Source: Pelomyxa schiedti (lineage: Eukaryota > Protista > Evosea). Taken from it: 40,021 bases of DNA. The notes beneath the pieces were generated by a model. That model ran no database searches, had not been told where the DNA came from, and was given only the letters and a program-made list of their open reading frames with translations. Numbering within the stretch: the first letter of the stretch is position 1; each line of letters begins with the position of its first letter. The stretch is taken from the NCBI GenBank assembly GCA_020536535.1, contig JAHLWZ010000361.1, positions 1 through 40,021 on the forward strand, written 5' to 3'. This document shows, one piece after another, positions 1 to 10,500 of this stretch. A program made the translations under genes and the position numbers.

Positions 1-729
1 CCGGTGACAATGACGAGGAGGAGGAAGTGGTTGCAGTTACGTTGGGAAGGAAGGTGCATTTGAAAACAGTTCCATACGACCCAGACCCAAGTGTGGACAC
101 AACCTTCAGGTCTGTCTCTTGTATTGACACCGTTGATTTGATTCGAACTTGGAATTGAACAACTGTGTTCGTGCTGCCGTTTCCTTGTTGTTGTTGATGA
201 CGATGAATGTCATCCAAGGTTCTGTACAAGTCATTCAACAGCTGTTCCTCAGAGTTGTTGTTTTCTAGACCAATAGTGAAAATAACTTGCTGAGATGGTT
301 CCACTCCAAACTTCCTTGAAATGATGAGTCTCACAACCTGTGTTTGTTTGTTGGTTCCCCCAGTATGCAGTGAGAAACAAAGCAAACAAGAGGGGAGGAG
401 GTTTCAAGAGAGGAAAGAGCACCATTTGAACAGGACAGAAGCCGCACACAATTTCATTGAAAGCGGGAAAGTCTTCGAACACAATCCTGATTTGTGATCG
501 CTTGCAGTTATTGTTGTTGTTTTCAGGGAGAATGTTGCACCACGTGCCTTCTCCTTGTTCAACATGTGACATCACGTGATTTGTGTCTGTTTGACAGTTA
601 CAATATTAGTGGTGCCGTGTTGTGTGTGGTTGGTTGAGAAAGGGGAAGGGGATGGTAATTAGTGAGCAGAACAAACAGTGTTGGAGATCAAGAAATCTTT
701 GTTGGTCTGATGCTCTTTCATCACTTTCT
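1..729 (-). CDS. Internal fragment (coiled-coil end, Ubl exons, kinase N-lobe start) of an ANK-Ubl-kinase gene; one branch of an assembly bubble belonging in gap 23899-23998
   Basis: Encodes HVMSHVEQGEGTWCNILPE..IVCGFCPVQM / RLIISRKFGVEPSQQVIF / LGSGSYGTVFKC. Bases 1-121 equal 23778-23898 and 609-729 equal 23999-24119. Confidence 0.85.
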
Positions 730-829
730 NNNNNNNNNNNNNNNNNNNNNNNNNNNNNNNNNNNNNNNNNNNNNNNNNNNNNNNNNNNNNNNNNNNNNNN
801 NNNNNNNNNNNNNNNNNNNNNNNNNNNNN

Positions 830-1298
830 ATACACACAGAGGGAACAGAGCCTCCGCGAGGGACAGCAAGTCCCTCCACGACCACATGCCCAGCCTCACG
901 TCCGCGTCGTCCGGCGTCATGTGGTACTCCCTCAGCACAGCTCCCACAGCCCCCACAGCACCCGCACCTGCACCACCCGCCCCCGCCGCAGGTCGCTCCC
1001 CGCACGGTCGGTCGACACCCCACCCGCACCACCCGCACATTTGTTCCAGCATGTACGGCCACGACGAAAAGGGGGTGGTGGAGCAGGGACCCGGGGCTGC
1101 CGATCGCGCCACCCACGCAGACCCGGCAGCGTGCCACCCACCAAGGCAGCGGGGCACCACGTGGTCCCGCACAACGCGGGCCCACGCGAGAACCTCCTCG
1201 GCGGCCGCTTGTCCCTCCGCCTCCCTCCCATCTCCGGTGCTATTGTGGTTGTGGTTGTGGTTGTGGCTGTGGTGATGGTGGTGGCGGCGTTGGCTCAT
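830..1298 (-). CDS. 5' part of a helical-repeat family protein, truncated by a gap; homolog of the 14346-16556 gene
   Basis: ATG at 1298: MSQRRHHHHH...EEVLAWARVVRDHVVP...LLSLAEALFPLCV, matching SRVVWDFVVVP...VGLADALFPLVP at 16146-16556. Confidence 0.65.
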
Positions 1299-1410
1299 AC
1301 GAACAAGAGAAGTTCGGTTCCCCGGTGGTTTTTTTTTTTTTTTGCTTCGGAAAAAAAAAGTTTCGTGGAAAAGAGTTTCGGCGTGATTGGTTGACGACAC
1401 GGTGTCGGGG

Positions 1411-3417
1411 ATGTACAGCAACACCAGACATGGTCCCACGTGGGGGTCGAGCCGCAACAAGTCCAAGTCGCCGCCACGCGCGCACGGCGCGGCGACCACG
1501 AGCCCCGGCCACCCGCGCCGCTCCTCGCCCACCACGCGCCCCGCCGACGACCACTGGGACACCCCCCACAAGGAATCCCCGGTGATTATGGGAGGAGGAG
1601 GACGAGGAGGAGGGGGCGCCACCGCCGCGGCATCGAACAAGGGGATGGGGATGGGGACGGGGATGGGGGAGGAGCAGGCTGTTGTGATGGGGCACAGGAA
1701 GCGGCGGTCGTGGGGGACCAGGAAGCCCCTCGGGCCTCGGTCGCGGGCCAAGTCGCCATCGCGAGGCGGGGTGATCGACGAGATCGACCTGGAAAACAAT
1801 GACGGAGGCGGCGAGGAGGAGGCAAAGGTATAGATCGATAGATATGTGGGATAGACAGACAGATAGAAATAGTCATCGAATCGCTCTCTTGCTACATTTT
1901 TTTTTTTTTTACCACTAATGTGTGTAAAGTGGGGGTGTGCTTGTGATAATTAATTATAGGTTTGGGAAGTGTGTAAATTAATTACTAATTTTGGTGGGTA
2001 GGCAAGATTTGCAAAGAGAAAGGAATCGTGGGCCAACCAGATGGAAACTCTGTTGAATGATACTCAGCAGTCTTGTGTGTAATTTCAATGTATATTGTAG
2101 TAGTGGGCACCAACAAGAACAACCATTTCACCACAAAAAAAAAGGTAATATAAACAAGCATCGTAGCAACTCACCATCAAGGAGCCGCATGTGTTGTGAG
2201 ACATCAAAACTCGCTGTAAGTTTTGTGTTTGTTCTTCCTCCTCCTCTTCTCACATCCAACAGGAGGCACTAAATTCCGCCCAAGTTGAGGTGGATGCCTT
2301 TTCTCAGCAGTTGACAGTTCTGACAAGCATCTCTACATTTCTGTCCGTCTGTCCACCCATGTGTGTTTGCTCGCAAATGAACAAAAAGCAAGCACCTAAC
2401 GAGTTACAGGATTGGGCAAAGTTCACCACCGCCAAGTCTTGGCAACACAATGTTTTCCAATACAACAGACCAAATGAGATTCCCTGGTATCACATAACTT
2501 AATATTATTGGACAACCAACTAAATCCACACAGGTGTCCAACTGCCGGACCAACTTGGCAACGTAAAACCATCCCAACAACCTCCCTTCTCAACAACCTT
2601 TTCCCCTGACCAGCCTCACCAACTGCTTCCATCTCCGCAAATACAAGAGCTGCTGCAAGACAGTGCTAATAATAATGTATATGACCAAGAGTCACACCCT
2701 CCTCAGGAATCAGAACCAAACACCTCACAACCGCAATCACCGCAGCACAAGGGACGCACATCCCACACGCACTCAAAAAAAGCAAACACCCAACCGGCAT
2801 CAACCGGCTCAAAATCAACCAAAGTATCAACACCACACACAAGCAAAACAGCCAAATCACCCCTGAACACCCGGCACAAAGACCAACCAAATTCTAATGT
2901 AAAGTACCGCAGCACCAATCAACAAGCATCCTCAACAGATGAGCTTCTGTGCACAAAAGAGGAAGACCCCGCACTCGACTCCCACTCACCAATCACGGCA
3001 AAATCAACAACAACAAAATCCGCAAAAACGACAACAAGAAGCCCAAGGGAAGAAGTTGTCCCAGAGTCAACAACACACACAGCCTCATCATTCCAACAAA
3101 AACCGGCACTGTTGGAGGACAACAATCAAATTCTGGATAGCATCGACCTTGCCGGCCAATTGGCAGAAGCCAACCTGAAGATAGATAAGCTCAAGAAGAG
3201 GAACGCAAAGCTGAGGCTATTTATCAGGGACTACCTCTCAAACCACGTAGCCGCCAAAGACAGGTACCACCGAAAAACAAAAACCCAAAACGCCTCACCA
3301 TCCAATAAATACACTCCAACAAACAGACTAATATTATCCACAACAAGGAAAATCAGAGTTCTGGAGAACCGTGCCCAATTCCTCCAAGCACAGATGGCTC
3401 AACAGCAATCCCATTAG
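1411..3417 (+). CDS. Multi-exon hypothetical protein with low-complexity N-terminus and C-terminal coiled coil; internal exon structure uncertain
   Basis: GC-rich first exon from ATG 1411 ends AAG|gtatag near 1827. Last ORF 3112-3417 is heptad-like (LAGQLAEANLKIDKLKKRNAKL). Confidence 0.45.
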
Positions 3418-3544
3418 AGACCACCATAGGCACAACACAATGTAGGACTCATAAAAAACTCTTGTCTTCTTCCACAAACAACAGGCGTTTTTTTTCCTTG
3501 GAACTACCTACGACAAGAGCGACACCAACCAACCCGTCATCGCA

Positions 3545-6500
3545 ATGACATCACCACTAACACTACTGTCATACGATGCAATGACAGCACCACCAACACC
3601 ACTGTCAGACGATCAACGCGTGGCCATGATGCTCGAAGCGTGCCGGCGTGTCCCGGTCATGCCCGAGTTTCCGTCACCCACGTGGGACATCAACACTCAC
3701 TTCCATGGTATTAGAGAAACCATGCTTCACATTGCGTGCTCGGGCGGGGACGAGTCGGTTGTTAAGCGGCTCCTCGATGTGGGTGCATCACGCAACCCCC
3801 CGATCGACCCAAACTCAATCGACAAGTATGGTGATACGCCACTGTGTTACGCTGCTTGTTGGGGCAAGGAGGCAGTGGCGAGGATGTTGGTGGCGAGACC
3901 AGATGTGGATGTGAACAAGGGGTGCCCACTGGTCATCGCATGTAGTAGTTGCAGAATGGGTGTGGTGGTGGCGTTGCTTGAGTGCCCACGTGTGGATGTC
4001 AACTTGGTGGTGCAAATAATAGAAAAGCTTGGGGGTCAAACAGCACTGCTCGCAGCTTGTGAGCGGGGATTCGTGGAAGGGGTGAAGGTTCTGCTCAAAG
4101 TCAATGGAATTGACACAAACTGCAAAAACAGAGACGGTGAAACACCACTTGATGTGGCAACAAGATGCAAATTCACTGATATCTGCAACCTCTTGAAGGA
4201 TCACAGATCTCAATCCTCAAGGCCCACCACTGTAAAGCAGCTGAAGAGTAACCCTTCACATCAAATATTAACTTTGCACACACACACATCACTCACACTT
4301 TGTGTTCAAAAGGAGAACTCACAGAACTGAATGCGCGAATCACACAGTTGGAGGATGAAAACGCGAAGAACCTGAAGCGTCTCCAGGATGAAAGAGAATG
4401 CAGATACGTCACCCAACAAAGGTTTCGTGAACTGCAACGGAAATGTTTGTGCCCCCTTCTCCTTTCCTTCCTTCCTTTTCCTCCCTTTGGAGATTGCACT
4501 TCTTCTTTTTTTGCTTCTGACACTTGTTCTCAATCATCAATGTGAACAGATCAAGGGAAACAGAATTCAGAAGTGTGTGTTTGTTGTTGGTCTTATGATA
4601 ATAATATTAATCTCTTTTGACGCATTCCCTCCTTACAGATGGAACTGCAAAGGTTGCAAGAAAAAAGCGTGTTGGACATGACTGCAAAGAACAAGGGTTT
4701 TTCATACCTTTTCTTTCTTCTTGTTTCAATTTCAAAAAAGTAAACTCCTTTGCTCACCCCCCAAACCCTTTTTTCCCTTCTTTCAAAACAGAGCTCATGG
4801 AACTGGAGGCACACATCACAACATTGGAGGAAGAAAGTGCAAGGAACCTGAAGATCTTTTGTGACGAAAGAGAGTCTGAACAACAAAGACTTCGTGATCA
4901 CCAACACTGTATGTGTTGGAGTCAACACCCCTTTTTCAACCTCCCACGCATACATAACATAAGCCACACTCTTCATTATTCTAACTGTCAAGCCAGACAT
5001 GAATCACGTGATGTCACATGTTGAACAAGGAGATGGCTCATGGCGCAACATTCTTCTCCCTGAAAACAACAGCCACAACAACAAGCACTGCAAGCCATCA
5101 AAAATCAGGATTGCCTTTGAGGAATTTGCCTCTTTTGATGAAATTGTGTGTGGCGTCTGTCCTCTTCAAATGGTGCTCTTTCCTCTCTTGCTTGACTTGA
5201 AACCTCCTCTCCTTTCTCGTTTGATTTGTTTCTCACTCTGAAACACAGGTTGTGAAGCTCATTGTTTCAAGGAAGTTTGGGGTGGAACCATCTCAGCAAC
5301 TCATTTTCATTGGTCCCGAAAACAACACCTCTGAAGAAGTGCTGATGGATTCATCCATAACCTTTGATGACATCATTCAACAACAACAACAAGGCAACAG
5401 CAGCACGGACAGAGTTGTTGTTCAATTCCAAGTGCGAATCAAATCAACGGTGTCAATACAAGAGACAGACCTGAAAGTTGTGTCCACACTTGGATCTGGA
5501 TCGTATGGAACTGTTTTCAAGTGCACCTTCCTTCACAACACCGCAACCACAAGCACTTTCTCCTCCTCATCGTCGTCATCATCAGAAACAACGTTTGTGG
5601 CAGTAAAATCGCTTCACGAAATCATCAAGTCTGAGTTCAACATCACACAATTTCAACAGGAAGCTCTGGTGAGTGAGATGGGTGAGGGGGGGGGGGTTCG
5701 TTTTCTTTTCTCTCTGAGTTTGAAAAAATTCCACTCAGAAACTAACTAACACAAAACTCACAGATTTCATCGAGGTTGAGGCACCCCAACATTGTGAGAT
5801 GCCTTGGAACGTGCGTCACGAGCACAGGGTCACTCTGGATCGTCTCTGAACTCATGGAATTGAGCCTCAGACAGCTCCTTCATCATGTTTGTTTTGTTGC
5901 TCCCGCCTTAAAATATATCTATCAATTGCAGAATCTCAATACACACACGCATTCAACACAGAAAACATTGACATTCATGGAAGTTGTTGCAGTCTCTTCA
6001 GGGATTGCCAAAGGAATGACAGCACTCCACATGTTTGTTTCTTTATTGATGTCTTCTAATTCCTTCTTTCTGTTGTTGACCAAAACATTATGTGCCATCA
6101 CCTCCTTCCATGATTGATGACAATTCAACACAGGAGGAATTTCATGCACCGAGACCTGAGCAGCAACAATGTTCTCCTGGATTCTTGTGGAATTCCAAAG
6201 ATTGCTGATTTTGGTGCTGTTATTCCTCATGTCACAACGTTATAACTAAGCATTATCATCATAATTTGTAACTTGTGCGTGCGAATTGCAGGAGTGTCGA
6301 GAGCTCTCCCAACCAACAGTGCTGGCACTGGCACCGCTCTCCTTCGTACTTTCACGAATGGGGCTGGAACACCAGTTTACCTGTCACCACAGATGCACAC
6401 TCGTCACTACGGAATTAAAGGTTGGTGGAAAAGTGTTCATCAGCACATACTTCACACTGATCATCAACCACCTCTAGGTGACATGTGGGAGTTTGCAGTT

Positions 6501-7195
6501 CTGTTGAGTGAAATTCTCAGAGGCACCACACCAGATACCATTGTTCCAAAGGCTGCCACTCAGATTCTTGAGTTCATCAGAGTCCAGAGAACTCGGCTGT
6601 CACCCACGGAAATTGCCGGTTCGTCGTTGCGCAAAAGTCTCCCCCCTTCACTCACTGTGACTTACAACACAAACATACAGAGGTGGACCGGCTTTGCACT
6701 GATGCTGGAGATTATCCCGTTGTGGAGTGCCTCATCCGGAGGAATGCAATCATTGAGGCACTGCGGTTGGACCAAGAGTTGAACAACACGCACCCTGCGT
6801 GCGTTGGTCAGTTCTCACTCGTTGTTGAGTCTTGCCTCTCAATCCTCGGTTCGTTCTTCCCCACCTGACATGTAATTAAGATTGTACTATATGTCGTCCA
6901 CCCAACTCACCAACACACACACACAGAGATCAACCGGCCATCGTTTCCGGTGATTGAGAGAATGCTGATGACATGTGCCGAGATCGTGTTCGCGAATTCT
7001 CGCAACACCACCACCGCAACAACCGCCGCCAACACCACCGCCAACGCTCCCATGATTGACAACCGCGACGTGGCCGCACACATCACCACGTGCCTCGCAA
7101 ACATGGCCGCGTCGTTCCCTGGCCGCCGCAACAACAACCTTCACACATCTTCATCTCCATCGTCAACAACAAGCTCTTCCAGGTCGTCGTCATGA
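3545..7195 (+). CDS. Ankyrin repeat - coiled coil - ubiquitin-like - TKL-type protein kinase (paralog K1; ankyrins in one uninterrupted exon)
   Basis: Ankyrin motifs ETMLHIAC, DKYGDTPLCYAA, GQTALLAAC, NRDGETPLDVA; coiled-coil exons; Ubl-like VKLIVSRKFGVEPSQQLIFIG; kinase GSGSYG, VAVK, FQQEA, HPNIV, HRDLSSNN, DFG (split by an intron), GTPVYLSPQ, NRPSF. GT-AG introns throughout; stop at 7193-7195. Confidence 0.9.
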
Positions 7196-7520
7196 AAAAC
7201 AAAAACGCAAGCAATGTTGTTAGATACTCCCACAAAGTCACACACTTGTGAATGTGTTTGTGTGTGGTGTTGTGGGGGTGAGTTGATCATCATGACGAAG
7301 ATGTTGTGTTGTTGTTGCGGCCAGGGAATGATACGGCCATGTTTGCGAGGCACGTGGTGATGTGTGCGGTCACGTCGCGGTTGTCAATCATGGGAGCGTT
7401 GGCGGTGGTGTTGGCGGCGGTTGTTGCGGTGGTGGTGTTGCGAGAATTCGCGAACACGATCTCGGCACATGTCATCAGCATTCTCTCAATCACCGGAAAC
7501 GATGGCCGGTTGATCTCTGT
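6923..7520. repeat. Inverted repeat formed by the near-identical last exons of convergent K1 and K2 (arms about 6923-7138 and 7308-7520)
   Basis: Both encode IERMLMTCAEIVFANSRNTTTATTAANTTANAPMIDNRDV.AHITTCLANMA.SFPGR with only a few mismatches. Stop codons are 94 bp apart. Confidence 0.9.
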
Positions 7521-10500
7521 GCGTGTGTGAGTCGGGTGGAAGGCATATTATGAGATTAACTTAAGTTTAACAGCTATATCGATGGACCCACTTGTATATT
7601 CTTGTCCAGGCCCCCGTATTTTACGCAGTTGTTATTTAAAATGGAGCGGTGGTGGAGGGGGGAAATAACGAACCGAGGATTGAGAGGCAAGACTCAACAA
7701 CGAGTGAGAACTGACCAACGCACGCAGGGTGCGTGTTGTTCAACTCTGGGTCCAACCGCAGTGCCTCAATGATTGCATTCCTCCGGATGAGGCACTCCAC
7801 AACGGGATAATCTCCAGCATCAGTGCAAAGCCGGGTCACCTCTGTGAGGGTGTGTGGTTGTGAGTTACAGTTGGGAAGGGAGAGACTTTTGCACAACAAC
7901 GAACCGGCAATTTCCGGGGGTGCCAGCTGAGTTTTCTGGACTCGAATGAACTCAAGAATCTGAGTGGCAGCCTTTGGAACAATGGCCTCCGGTGTGGAGC
8001 CCCTGAGAAGTTCACTCAACAAAACTGCAAACTCCCACATGTCACCTTTGAGATGATGGATGATCAGTGTTTAAGGGTGGTTGGTATGGTTTGAACAATT
8101 CAATTTTCCGAACCTTTAATTCCGTAGTGACCAGTGCGCATCTGCGGTGACAGGTAAACTGGTGTTCCAGCCCCATTCGTGAAAGTCCGAAGTGCAGTGG
8201 CAGCACCATTGCTTGGGAGAGCTCTCGACACTCCTGCAATTCACACACACAAGTTATTACATTATGATGGCACCGTGAAACATTGTTGAGGCATAAAAAT
8301 AAGAAAATACCAAAATCAGCAATCTTTGGAATTCCACAAGAATCCAGGAGAACATTGTTGCTGCTCAGGTCTCGGTGCATGAAATTCCTCCTGTGTTGAA
8401 TCGTCGTCAATTATGGGATGGGAGGAGATGGCACAGAAAAAAAATCTGGTCAACAAACAAAAAGAGGGAACCGAGAGGAACATCAAGAAAGAAGGAAACA
8501 AACAAACATATGGAGTGCTGTCATTCCTTTTGCAATCCCTGAAGAGACTGCAACAACTTCTGTGAATGTCAACTTTTTCTGTGAAGTGTGTGTCGATATT
8601 TATATATTGCCAATTGAGTGTGAGCCCAACAAACATGATGAAGGAGCTGCCTGAGGCTCAATTCCATGAGTTCGGAGACGATCCAGAGTGACCCTGTGCT
8701 CGTGATGCACGTTCCAAGGCATCTCACAATGTTGGGATGTCTCAACCTCGATGAAATCTGTGTGTGTGATGGTGAGTTTCAATGAATGAATTGTGTGCAT
8801 TTCAAGATCAATGAGAGAGAAAACGAAAGTCGCTCACCAGAGCTTCCTGCTGAAATTGGTTGATGTTAAATTCACTCCTTATGATTTCGTGAAGTGCTTT
8901 TACTGCCACAAATGTTGTTGTTTCTGATGATGATGAGGAGGAAGATGTTGCTGCTGCAGTGTTTTTGTGGAGGAAGGTGCACTTGAAAACAGTTCCATAC
9001 GATCCAGATCCAAGTGTGGAAATAACTTTCAAGTCTTTCTCTTGTATTGTCATGCTTGATTTGATTCGCACTAGTATTGACACAACAACTCCGTTTGTGC
9101 TGATGCTGTTGCCGCTGTTGCCTTGTTGTCGTTGTTGAAGAATTTCTTCCAAGGTTCTGAATGGATCAGTCAACAGCTCCTCCGAGCACTCATCTGAACC
9201 AACAATGAAAATGACTTGTTGAGTTGGTTCAACCCCAAACCTCCTGGAGATGATAAGTTTCACAACCTGTGTTTGTTCGTTTGGTTTGTTTCAAGGAAAA
9301 AGAGGGGCTTCATTCAAGGGAGGGGAAAGGGCACCATTTGAAGAGAACAGGATCCACACACAATTTCTTCGAAAGAGGGAAGATCCTCAAACACAACCCT
9401 GACTTGTGATTGCTTGCAGTTGTTGCAGTTGTTGCAGTTGTTGTCGCTGTTGTTTTCAGGGAGAAGAATGTTGCGCCATGAGCCATCTCCTTGTTCAACA
9501 TGTGACATCACGTGAGTGGTGTCTGGCTTTACAGTTAGATTGATTGTGTGTAGATATCGCGTGTGTGTATCGTGTGTGTGTGGTGGTTGAGAATGGGGGT
9601 GTGTTGACTGAACACAAACAGTGTTGGAGATCACGAAATCTTTGTTGTTCAAGTGCTCTTTCGTCACAAAAGATCTTCAGGTTCTTTGCACTTTCTTCCT
9701 CCAATGTTGTGATGTGTGCCTCCAGTTCCATGAGCTCTGCTTTTGTAGTAAAAAGGGAAAAAAAAAAGGGTTGGGATGACCAATGAGTTCAATCAGTTGA
9801 ATTCGAAACAAGAAGAAATAGAAAATGGAGGAGGAGAAAAGGTGTTGACAAACCGTTGTTCTTTGCAGTCATGTCCAACACGGTTTTTTCCTGCAACCTT
9901 TGCAGTTCCATCTCAATGGATGATGTGTTGTCAAAAGAGAATATTTTTATTATTTATTATTGTTATTGCAAGACAAACAACAAACACACACTTCTGAATT
10001 CTGTTTCCCTTTATATTCATCCACATTGATGAGAGGTGTCAGAAAAACAAAAAAAAAAAGAAGCAATCGCTGAGAAGGGAGGAAAAGGAAAGGGGAGGAG
10101 TGGGCACAAACAGTTCTGTTGCAGTTCATGAAACCTTTGTTGGTCGACTTGTCTGCATTTTCTTTCATCATGGAGAAGCTTCAGGTTCTTTGAATTTTCA
10201 TCCTCCAATTGTGTGATTCGTGCCTTGAGTTCTGTGATCTCATCTTTTTGAAAACAAAGTGTGGGGAGTGCCAGTGCACAAAGTTTGAATTTGGTTTTAG
10301 GAACAGGGAGGGGGGTGGGGGAATTTGTCTCAACTCTTCTGCTGTTTTGCCTCGATTTCCCAGGAGGCTCTTCCTTGTCTCCCAACTGTTTGTGGTGCTT
10401 GCATTGATTGTGGTTGTGATGAGGTGAGTGATGAAGATGATGATGACTTGTTTGCGGTGGAGGGTGGTGGTGGGTTGTTTTGAGGCAATGAGAATGAAGA

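Noticed and set aside
1299-1410. Bidirectional promoter with a CCAAT-like box
   Set aside because: Plausible from the divergent gene layout, but a single short motif is insufficient support.
606-1799. Long ORFs running through N gaps (also 27304-28671 and 38761-39966)
   Set aside because: Chimeric read-through across gaps, introns and microsatellites.
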